Origin: Paraspadella gotoi
Lineage: Eukaryota; Animalia; Chaetognatha
Reading direction: 5' to 3'
Assembly: GCA_051294375.1 (NCBI GenBank)
Contig: CM119268.1
Span: 14,714,210 to 14,778,209, forward strand
DNA: 64,000 nt
Part shown: in pieces, positions 1 through 10,605 of the stretch
How the letters are laid out: every line of letters starts with the position of its first letter
How positions within the stretch are numbered: the first letter of the stretch is position 1
Program-made: the position numbers and the translations under genes
Notes under the pieces: generated by a model
Databases searched by the model: none
What the model saw: only the letters and a program-made list of their open reading frames with translations
What the model was told of the DNA's origin: nothing

Positions 1-75
1 TTTTTTTTTTCTATCGCAAATGCTGATCCTTAGACCATCGCCCTCCGCTGAGGCGAAAGCGAGGAAGAAGATGAG

Positions 76-127
76 CTGGTTGAGAACTGTTGAGAACTGG
101 TTGAGAACTGGTTGATAAATGGTTGAG
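76..127. repeat. Short tandem repeat, ~11-bp unit (CTGGTTGAGAA), about 5 copies
   Basis: Read directly: ctggttgagaa ctgttgagaa ctggttgagaa ctggttgataa atggttgag. Confidence 0.8.
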
Positions 128-620
128 CAGCCAGATGAGTTAACATAAAATTTACATACCAATTCATTCCTAAAATTAAATCCCTGAATTACTGAAACAA
201 AATGTAAACGTTTATGTAATATCCTTTTACATGTCATTGGTAAAATTGTGGGTAAACATTTATGAATAGCTTATTATTAAATTATAATTATACTAATTCA
301 ATTAAATGCTAAAATGCGCTATCTAATACTAGAAATAATCATATCCGTAAATGTGCCGAAGATGGTAAACTTGACAATTACTTTCCCGTCAAACGGTCAA
401 ACCTTCTCTGAATATATATTTTGATGTATACGAAAACACAATACTAACAAAAAAATCCTTGTTTAAACTAAAAAACTTAAAGAAAACTAGAGATCTAAAA
501 AGAGAGGCGGTTAAAGTCTCTCCCAACCCTCTGCGAGATTAAAAAACGGGAGGGAAAATCATCCGACAGGGCAGAGAGAGAAGAAGTTAGAGAGAAGAGA
601 GAGAGAGAGATGAGAGAGAT

Positions 621-657
<37 letters not shown>

Positions 658-1911
658 TAGAGTAGACGAGAGGGAAGAGAAGAGAGATGGAACGAAGTGA
701 AAAAAAAGTTCCTCTCTGATCTAAGACTTTCGAAAAAGCATTGAATCCAGAAGGGGGTCTGGTTGGCAGAACTCCGAAGGGGATCCGATCCGGCGGGGCT
801 TCGATCCGGCGTGGCTTCAAGGGGAGGTGGGTTGGCAGGGTCTCGAGGGCGCGGTCGGGGTTGTCCAGGTTTTGGATGGGCATCAGCTAGACGAATGTTG
901 AGGTGAGAACTTGCGAATCGATGGCCGTTACAGCAGCAAAATGAAGCAGAGTCGTGCGGCAAATTTGAAAAATAAATGAGATTCGACAGCATTGATTTTG
1001 AGCTCATCGGATTGGAATCGATGGAATCAAAGGAAAAAAAGTTTGAACAAAACGATCGACGTTTCTCGCCAGCCTCTGGTGAAGCGAAGCCGTGGACCTG
1101 GTGGGACTGGAGTGAAATATTGGGTCCCTGAATCGAATCCGCGAAGTCAGATTGAAAACCGACAGGTTACTAGAATCGATAGATGAAGACTCTCTCTCTC
1201 GGGATCTATGTGTAAATACTGAAATTTAAAACTATGTATATATTAGTTGCACTTTGTATTTTTTTGTTTTGTTAATTTTATGTTACATTTCTTATAAAAA
1301 TGTGTACATACTGTATATGTACGGCTCAATATAGACTGTTACATTGTACTGTGTTAAAGCATATCACAATTTTGAGCATAATATAAAGTCAAATCAAAAA
1401 ATCAAAATCTCTCTCTCTCTCTCTCACGTTGGTCGAGACTCAAAATGAATTTTTCATCTTCGACGGTGAAGTATTATATTCAAAATAATAATAATAATAA
1501 TAATTAAACAATTTTTAAAAATCTATTTTGAAAAAATTGAATTTTTAACTCTCAATAATTTTTCCCCCGTGATCGAATCTTTCTGGTGAAGAGGCTTCGG
1601 ATTTAAGAGGTTGGTGATGTTTCAGTGGGTGAAAAGATTTCCGAAGGGTGGGCCTCGAAAAGAGACTGGAAGGTACTTTTGTTTTACTTTTAGCCCGCAT
1701 AAGCGAGCAGTTTGATCAAATGCGACCTCTCTAAACACTGTCAGCATTCCCAGACAAAAGACAAAGTGAAACTTGAATCAGACTGACGTGACGAAGTGAA
1801 GTAAAGACTAAAGTGAAGTAAAATGAAGTAAAGTAAAATAAATAATAAAGTAAATATATATTGAAAAAAAAAATATTCTGATTGATATTTAAAATATTTA
1901 GAAAAAAAATC

Positions 1912-1963
<52 letters not shown>

Positions 1964-2580
1964 GAAAAAAATCAAAAGACAGCAGCGGAAGCAGCAGGAG
2001 AAAAAGAGAAAAAGAAAGAGCCCCTGCAGAACCAGCTGCAGAGAAAGAAAACAAAAGGCAGCAGCAGAAGCAGCAGAAGAAAAGAGAGAAAAGAGAGAAA
2101 AAGTATAAGCCCCTGCAGAGCCAGAAAAGAGAGAGGGAGAGAGACATGTAATTGAAAGAAAAAGAGAGAGAGAGAAATATGAAAATAAAAGAGAGAAAAT
2201 TTGATTGTTTTGATAAAACGTAAACAAAACATATTTAATAACTGTCCAGACTCAATTTTAAGCACATCAATTATGAGAAGCTGTATATAAATTTTCAGCT
2301 TCATACACCCAAATTTAATCATAAAAAAGGCGATCTATAATTTGGAACGCTTATGCGCAAAAGCGTTACAATATCGTCGCAAACGCTTAGCGATTGCGAC
2401 GATAAAAACGAACAAATACTGGTGAAAACTAATCTAAATTAAAAACCAAAAGGTTTCCTATATATTAATTCCCTGGTTCTACTGATTTGACTAGAAAGAA
2501 ACGTGCACTCTCACGTACACTCTTCAGTTTTCCCCATTCACGCCAATTCTAGCTCCTCGTCTATGGCGTCGATTTCCCTC

Positions 2581-5464
2581 TTAAAACTCCTCCATTGTCC
2601 CTTCGACTTTCACCATCGCCCTATTCGTCACGTGATAAGGATCTCCGCGATTCTCCTTTCCCGGATTGGCGTCGGCTGCGTCTCCATCCCTCAGTCCCAA
2701 CTTACGCGGGCGTCCGATCTTCCGCTTGACCCGTCCCATCTTTTCCCTCCTGGCGATGTCCCTGGGTTTGGTCTTTCGCTGCCTGGCGATCTGCTGCTCG
2801 TGCCACCTCCGCTCGTGACGCCGGAGTTGATTGCAGTCGTAAAAGTCAATGTCGCACTCGTCGCAGCGGAAAGGCTTTTCGCCGGTGTGGGTCCTCATGT
2901 GGTTGGTGAGCAAATTGGAGCGGGAGTAGACCTTGCCGCAGAGTGGGCACTTTTCGGTTTGGGTCGCTTGACGGTTCTGCGCATTTCTTCGCCCTCGTGA
3001 ATAATCAAGTGGTTGTTGAGCAAATCGGATCGGGAGAAGGTCCTGCCGCAGTAATCGCACTTACAACGGGGAATTTCGTCGTGGACGGAGCGTTTGTGGC
3101 GAAGGAGGTTGCCCGAGTCGCTGAAGGCCGCTTGGCATTGGCCGCACTTAAAAGGACGATAGTTTGAGATGGATCCTCAAGTGTCGATTCAAATCTCCCT
3201 TCAACTTGAAGCCTTTGCCGCAATTGTTGCAGGCGAATCGGGGTTGAACTCCATTCGCCTTATATTTTTTAAAACCGGATGCTTGAGGGATTTCACAATG
3301 AGGCGCTTCAGTAGGAAGACTGGAGTCTAAAATTGTGCTAGGATCATCGGCAACCACAGAATCAACTTCTGTCGTCCCGACTTGCTCGCCGACGACATTT
3401 ATCATCGTTGATACTTTTCGGGGTTTGTGCCAGTACCGATTGTGAATGCGCAACTTGGAGTTGTCTATAAAAGCCACGCCGCATTCGTGGCACTGAAAAG
3501 GTCTTTCCCCAGTGTGGCGCCGGACGTGAATCCGGAGAAGACTTGCGCGGGCGAATCCTTTGCCGCAAAGATGACAGAGGTTTTTCGTTTCGCTGTCCTC
3601 CAAACCGCAAAGTTCGTTGTTCGCCGGTTCAATTTCGCTGACTGGGTTTCGCTCTTCCCGTTTCGCTCCATGGAGGGGAAAGAATGTCTGTGTTTCGAAC
3701 AGAATTTCTCCCGCTTCGGAACAATCGATTCGAAGATCATTGGGCGAACGATCGAGAGATCCCGACTTGTAGTCGGCGCCGTTCGTTCGATTCTCCTCGG
3801 CGACAGGATGGATTTGTTCCTTCGGCAATTCCTCATCGGCAGGTCGTCCATACCACGCTCTCAAACCCTCGCTCCAGTATTGTTCGTAATGTCTAAGATT
3901 GCAAGATTGAATAATGGCGCCGACGGACGAATCTGGTTCCTCGTAGACGTCAAAACCGGCGCCATTTTCGGCTGAATCGTTGTTCGACGCTGGAAAAATA
4001 GAAGCCGAATCGAGGAGACGACCGGAGGAGACGGCGACGGTCGCGTTAAAGCGCCGTCTATACAAGCGTTAAAGGTGCCATCGACGGAAGTGTTGACGGA
4101 GGAAAAGTCGGCGCCGGACACAGTTTCGCCGACGATTTTTTTCTTCCCGGAATTAAGTTTCTTCCTCTCTCGTCCGGCATCTTTCTCTCCTTTTTCGATC
4201 GTCGTTTATCTTCCCTCTCCTCAGGCGAGAGCAGCGGCGGTCGCAGCCGAATGGCGCCGCGGATCCCCCGCTGCTGCCGCACGGAAAATTCTCGGCGTCC
4301 CTCGTGCCAGCGCAGCTCGTGATGACGGAGATTGTTGGAGCGAGGGAAGGATACTTCGCACTTCAAGCACTTGTAAGGCTTTTCGGTCATGTCGTCGTGG
4401 ATGGCGAAGTGCTTACGAAGAAGCTCCAAGCGTTCGAAAGTCTTTCCGCACAATTCGCAGACTCTAGTCTGGGCTCCGGAGGCTTGGCTGGAGGGGGGAT
4501 AAGGGAGAAATTAAAATCATTTTATAGTTTATAAATTGTAAAGGAATAACCTTTAATAAATAAATACTAAATAAATATACTACGAATTCAAATGATACTA
4601 GACTACTAGTTCTAGCTTAATTTTCCTCCCCTACCTCTCTCCGCTTTCTCTCGACATGACATCTTCCTCTCGAGTCGTAGCCGCCGACTCATCGTCAGTA
4701 AAGAGATTCTTAGACAAGAGATCTAAACAGATGGAGGTGACGCCAATGTCGATTCCATTATCGACGTCACCCACTTCATCGGTCGAGGCATCGGTAAAGA
4801 ACTTTGTATCCTCGAACTTTGGTTCGACGCGGCACGCCTCGTCGAACGGCGGCGGTTGATTGTCATCGAAGGTAAGTTCGGGTAAGGAGCCGTCCTCTAC
4901 CTCCCTCTTGATCGATTCCTCCGTCGGCTTGACTGTTTTCGGCGGCCTCCCTCTCTTCCTCCTCCCGGCGATCCCCATTCTGTCACAGTGAACGTTGTAC
5001 TTGTGACGAATGAGTTTGATCGGATCGAAAAAGGCTCGACCGCAGCGCTCGCACCGCCGCTCGTCCGAATGCGCCATCTCGTGGCGCCTCAGCCGATCCG
5101 CGCGGTAGAACTGTTTGTCGCAAACGTCGCAGCTGTATTTTTTGGCGGCCACTTTGTCGTGGACGCAGCGTTCGTGGCGGAGGAGGTTGCCGGAATCACA
5201 GAAGCCCTTGCCGCAAAGGACACACTTGTAGGGCCGCGAGGTGTCGTGGGTACGGAGGTGGCGGTTTTGGTCTCCCTTGAGTTTGAAACCCTTGCCGCAG
5301 ATGGCGCACTTGAAGGGTCGGTGGTCCGAGTGGACGATCGTGCTGTGGCGGAGATATTCGCTCTTGATGGAGAATTTTCGCTGACAAACGTCGCACTGAA
5401 ACTCGAGTTTTTTGTTCCGAGGCTCCGCGGGTTCCGCCTCAGTATTTTCCGCATTGACTTCCAT
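2581..5464 (-). CDS. Multi-C2H2 zinc-finger protein (~14 fingers, 2 AT-hooks), two exons, frameshifted in this assembly
   Basis: Exon 1 is 5464-4635 (ATG MEVNAE..., 5 fingers, AT-hook RRKRGRPPK). A GT..AG intron at 4634-4488 joins in frame to ...[18 protein letters not shown]. Exon 2 (4487-2581) has 9 more fingers with HTGERPF/HTGEKPF linkers and AT-hook RKIGRPRK. Frame changes occur near ~4140, ~4000, ~3168 and ~2953. Confidence 0.88.
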
Positions 5465-5682
5465 GGCCAAAAAATACATTAAAAAAGCCTAACGGCTAAT
5501 AAAAAAAATATTTCATATTACTAAAAACCAATTTTGTAATCATTAAATACTATAAATTTTTCGGAATTTTCGGATGAATTTTATTAGTTTGGATTTGCAG
5601 TATAAAAATAGGAGACAAGCGTTAATTCTACATAAAATTGGTATAACCAATAAAAAAGTTATCCAATCGTTCAATAAAAAAG

Positions 5683-7966
5683 CTAACTTGCTCCTGACTC
5701 AGGACAATGGACATTGGAAAATGGACAATGGACATAAGACAGGCTACATAAAACTAAACGAGAGAAATGAGATTTTTTCGGATCCTCGAAGTGTAAGGCG
5801 CAATTTTTTTGTCGTCTTTTCTGATCCTTTCGTTCCAGTTCGTTCACCTTTTGCCTCGGAGCCAATTGTCTTCCATGATTTAAGTCTTCTGGGCGGGGAC
5901 TCCGTTGAAGGAGACTACAGCGTTGACTCCTTTGATACCTTCCCCGAACTGTGGATAATTTCCAAGAGCGTTAACTTGGGTGCCATATTCGAAGCTTCCA
6001 CCAATAACGCTCGAAAATTTTGCATCATAGACTTGAGAAATATGAGTGGCAGAGCTCTGAGCATCTTTGGATTTGGTTCCATATGACAAAACTACAGACT
6101 TGTTCCCGCCGGCATCTCCGCCGTAACCCAAGATGATTTCATTTGAGAGTTGACGATAATTATCCGCCATTTTATGCAACGGGGAGAACGAGTTAACAGG
6201 GAAAGGAGACGGCAACGTACTGAAAATTTCTTTTCCAAACAAAAGTGGATCATGAGTCGGGGAACCCAAGTCAGGAGTCTTTCGAGGTCAAGAAATCCCT
6301 GGAGTTATTTTGCCCACTGTCGCAGTGGATCGGACCTTGTCAGAAAACTCCTTTGAATATTCTCCACTGAAACTTGAATCATTTAGCTCTTTATTAGGTG
6401 AACAACCATTTTTCTTGTCGTAACCAACAACTTGAGATTTCTCACCCTGAATCTTTGAACAATTCTGCTGCTCCTCGACCAACCGCTTGATTCGCCTTCC
6501 TAGTCTCGCAAAACTGCACAACGTGCCCCCGTTCGCGACAATACTCACAGACCGGAAGTTGATCGGGCGCCAATCGGCGTTCGACGCAGAGAAGATCGTA
6601 GCGGAAGGCTCCAATAGACGCGAATTCGAAATCCGCGAAAAGAAGAAGGCGACGTTCGTCGCCGGCGTCGACGATCGAGGCGAAGTCGCTCCGAATCGCC
6701 GCATCCACGAAGGACGCGAAAGCTTCCTTCTCCGCCTCCGCGACCGTCGCGCCTTTCGAGACGGCGACCGAGACGTCTTCGATCGTCAAGTGATACTTAC
6801 CGACTATCATAGCGAGAAATGAGGAAAAGAAAAAATAGGGAAACGAGAAAAAAGACAAGGACAGAAGTGAATTTATTAAAAAGCACATTTCAAGTTTTAG
6901 ATTTCGGTTTGTACCTTAAAAAATCCGTCCCAATTGACACCTAATTGGCTGGCGGCCTTGGCAAAAACATCTCTTGGCCGGTTAAAATCATTATTGGATA
7001 TTTTGATCGAGAGCATCATTTCGCTAATGATCTGAAGGGTTCTCGGCGGAGTCGTTGATGGCGGGAGGCCCTTGGATCGTCAAGAAAACGTGATGAAAAG
7101 ATATGAGAGGTAATGTCTAACGACAGTGATTGATGATTGCAAAAGAAAAAAAAACGAGAAAGAACGAAAAATGACACCTTGACGGCGGGACTCGTGAGAG
7201 CGTCCAGGGATGTAGGGGAGGAACGACCCGCACCGTTTCCCCAGAAGAATCTTCGCTCGAAACGAAGTCACGAAAGAGCTGAGATTTTCTGAATGACTCC
7301 AGGCGATCGTCCAAATCATTAAGCTTAGTGCCGAAACTTTCTGGTCTGGATTCGCTGTCAAATCTGCACCGATCAGCAACAAATTGAGAGGGCCTGTCTC
7401 TTCTGTCATTTTTTAATCCAGCCGCGTTTCTAAATCCTAGATTTTTCTTTTTGGACCCGACTTCCACGCTTCGCTGCGTCTCGAACCTCGAGCCGACCCT
7501 TTCATCCGCAATCGCCCTTGCAGGATCTTTTTCTCGAAATAAACATCACAGGACTCGTCTTGACGTGTCTGCATCTGGACCACCCTGGATTCCACGTCGA
7601 ATCTCGCCGTGAGGAATCCAGAGCCGAAGCCGCCTTAAATCTATTGACAAAACTGACCACTCGCGACTCGGCCTCGATTCTTTCTTGGAGAGTAACGATC
7701 CGTGAATCCGTCGCGATATTTCGATAATCGACGATCGAGTTCATATCTTGCAGCGGCGCTTCTTCGATGCGGACGATCCTTTTGACCCTATCGAGACGTT
7801 TCTCGTCCATTCTGAGAATTCCGTGCCCATAATCGAAGACGCGGTCGGCTTCGGGGGCGCGCCGACTTCGCCATGGTGAGTCAGTGCGATCTTGAAATCT
7901 TTGGGACTGCGACTCACAGACTCGGTCATCCAACTCGTCTATTCGCCAACGAGACATTCCGTGCAT
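5683..7966 (-). CDS. Uncharacterised protein with one CCHC zinc knuckle (possible TUT4/7-like terminal uridylyltransferase relative); frameshifted, boundaries approximate
   Basis: Chain of overlapping minus-strand ORFs (7502-7966, 7117-7467, 6442-6888, 6288-6704, 5880-6269), with GT donors at 7177 and 6914 and an AG acceptor before 6803. Knuckle CEYCRERGHVVQFC (C-x2-C-x4-H-x4-C) at 6508-6549. Confidence 0.55.
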
Positions 7967-8340
7967 GATAGTCTAAACAAAAGACCTTCGCTCGACCGGT
8001 TGGCAGCTTTGGATTAGATTATAACACGAAACACGCTCCGCCTAAATTAATGTGCGTCGAAATAGTTCATATATCAATGTAGCAAATATCAGAAAAATAG
8101 TTCTAATTCCATTTATATTAAGGGACACTGAGGATTGAAGCGTAAAATTTATTTCAATCTTTGACTAGATCATTGTTAAGCGGATCACGGGGAAGTGGAA
8201 TATTTTGCAACAAAATACCACAACTACTCTATATTACTACTAATCTCTGTGTCGACATAACATGATGATCTTCAGCAACATTTCATCGATCTCGCTCGGC
8301 CACAAACTTTCCATAGGATTTAACGGAAACGAGAGAGCAA

Positions 8341-8707
8341 TCAACGGAAAGAAGTCTTCTGCAGCAATTCCTCGATCTGTGTCTTGTACATCGACTTAAC
8401 GTGTTCCAAGTCCATCCGGAGTTCGTCGAACTCTTCCACTTTCTCCCCGTACATTTGCAGCATGGCGTTGTATCTAAACTGGCGAAAAAAATAATTATGT
8501 TCCGCAATCTAAAGAGTTACAACGGGCCACATTTGTGCCTGACCTTTCCTCCATGACGAGGTAGGCGTTCTTGAGTCTAGGATAATCTTTGACACTTTCC
8601 TCCAGCGTGGAATTCGTGTTGGACAATTGGACCAACTCGTTGGCCATGCTCTCGCGCGTTAACTCCAAGTTCATGATGTCCGTCTGCAGTTGGCAAATCT
8701 CGCCGTC
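8341..8707 (-). CDS. TMF1: TATA element modulatory factor 1 (golgin TMF1/ARA160), last two coding exons
   Basis: Exon 8707-8544 DGEICQLQTDIMNLELTRESMANELVQLSNTNSTLEESVKDYPRLKNAYLVMEE(R), a 70-nt GT..AG intron (8543-8474), then exon 8473-8341 YNAMLQMYGEKVEEFDELRMDLEHVKSMYKTQIEELLQKTSFR*. This matches the TMF_TATA_bd C-terminal domain (LQMYGEK..E...LR.DL..VK.MY..QI.ELL). Not captured by the ORF track. Confidence 0.92.
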
Positions 8708-9585
8708 CTTATAAATAAATTATCGGGAAAAAGCTATGATAATTGAAAAATTTCTATATTTTATTGTCGATATTTTTTTCTTTAGACTTAAGGCCAGGGA
8801 TCACTCAACCTAATATTGTAGAAATCTTAATTTACTGTATCTTAATCATTTTCTCACATCTTGTAAGAGGTTTTCTATTAAAAAATAATCGAAAACTTTT
8901 AAAAATCTACCTAAAATGTTCATAAAAATTTAAACAAATTTTTTTCTTCGGTAAAACTAGATTTTCAAGAGAAAAATATTTTTTTTAAATGTAAGCTAAA
9001 TTTCTACAACCAAATTTTTAACTTAAAACTGATTCTTTACAGTAAGCTCAATTTCTACTTCTTATATTTAATTCTTCCTTTGGTACAAGTCCATACTTGG
9101 AGTTGTATCACTAATAAGTCTAAAGCAAACTACTCTACACAGCTTTTATGAGTTTTATGAGTTAAAAAACTTATCAAATTTATTTCAATTTGACTTTTTA
9201 CTTTAATGTAAATATTAATATCATAAAATAGTTGCCCCATTTTCTAGGAAATCTCTGAAAAAAAAATCAAATCTGAATTTAAAAAAATTAAAAACAGTAA
9301 GCCATTTTTTTAAGACATCGGCGTTGAACAAACTCCATCATCACATCCCGTGCTTGTGTATGTTGTGGTGAATCTTGCAAAAGTAACGAGTACAGAATTT
9401 AACTTTCTTGAAGAAGTGAAGTTAAAAAACGAAAGAGTTGCAGCTCAAACCACAGGACTCTTCTTGAAGAAAAAAATATCTTGGGCAAGAAAGGAAAGGT
9501 GGGGGAGATTCTATGAGCGCGATTTTGGAAAAATGTTTTTCGTTTCAAAGATAAAGATTTCCGAAGGGTGGGCCTCGAAAAGAGA

Positions 9586-9628
<43 letters not shown>

Positions 9629-10327
9629 NNNNNNNNNNNNNNNNNNNNNNNNNAGCAACTCCCGGCGATCGCCCTCCAAGAAGCGAGATTAATGTCGGAG
9701 AGAAAAGGTTTTTTAATTGACAGAAACGAGGAAATCCAAAGGTTTCTTCGAATTTATTCCGCGAGTGGGCGCGGCCACTGGGGGCCACTGCGGGTCCTGT
9801 GGCGACGGAGCGGGATTCGTTCGGGTGGGCGTTTTTTTAAGATCGTCGTAGTTGCGTCTGGGTAAGTTTTCTAAGGAACACTCGCTCTGCAATCTCGAAC
9901 TCGGCGTGTCCCCCCCCCATGTCATTTTTGTCTGGAAACCGAGACGGATCGTGGAACTGAAAGAATAAACTAGTTGCGTGGGGTCAGATAATTGACCCAC
10001 CGAATCGTCGAGTGGTGAAAGAGTGACTGGCGAGAGTTGATCGTGATTCTCAAGTGGTAATTTGAGTTACGAAATGGTACAGTGAAGTATGGCTAAGTGA
10101 AGTAATAGTGACTTAAGATGCCATGGTCTTTTTTTACGATCCAATTTTTTCCCGTTCTCTTTGTTGTTTCTTATACTTTTTTATGATTTCAACTGCTTTT
10201 TCAGGAATATTTCTGAGTTTAGTTTGAGAATCATCCACTTTTCTAAATCTATCATCGATTTTTTTTTTCATATCACCCTGACTCATAACAAGACTCTCGG
10301 CCCTGAAACGATGCACGGGGGCGGGGG

Positions 10328-10605
10328 AGCCGATCGGGAGATTTTTATTTTAAGTTAGATTCCGTCTCAATATTCAGAGAGCCAATCATAGTTCGATTCT
10401 GCACCGAAGCCAATAGGGATATGATTTTAATTTTAAGTTAGATTATGTCTCGATATGCAGAGAGCCAATCTGGTCATGACGTTCATCGTTCGATTCTGCA
10501 CTTAAGCCAATTGGGAGATGATTTTCATTTCAAGTACGATTCTGTCTCAATGCACGGAAGCCAATCGGGAGATGATTTTCATTTTAAGTTCGGTTCTGTC
10601 TCGAT
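10328..10605 (+). repeat. Degenerate tandem array containing repeated AGCCAAT (CCAAT-box) units
   Basis: A unit like AGCCAATCGGGAGATGATTTTCATTTTAAGTTCGATTCTGTCTC recurs at ~10328, 10408, 10505 and 10559, with short AGCCAATC sub-units at ~10380 and 10463. Confidence 0.75.

Noticed and set aside
925-960. TLLHFAA on the minus strand, resembling an ankyrin repeat start
   Set aside because: Single short match with stops nearby and no further repeat consensus.
1731-2322. ORFs rich in SLSL, ERER or FFL here and throughout the ORF track, and X-filled ORFs
   Set aside because: These are translations of (GA)n, (GAAA)n and (GAA)n microsatellites or of N-gaps, not genes.
3148-3153. TTT-TAA at the zinc-finger frame break, resembling a shifty-stop +1 programmed frameshift
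   Set aside because: The conserved linker RPF is already in the +1 frame upstream of the stop, so the shift occurs earlier (~3168). A one-base insertion explains it better.
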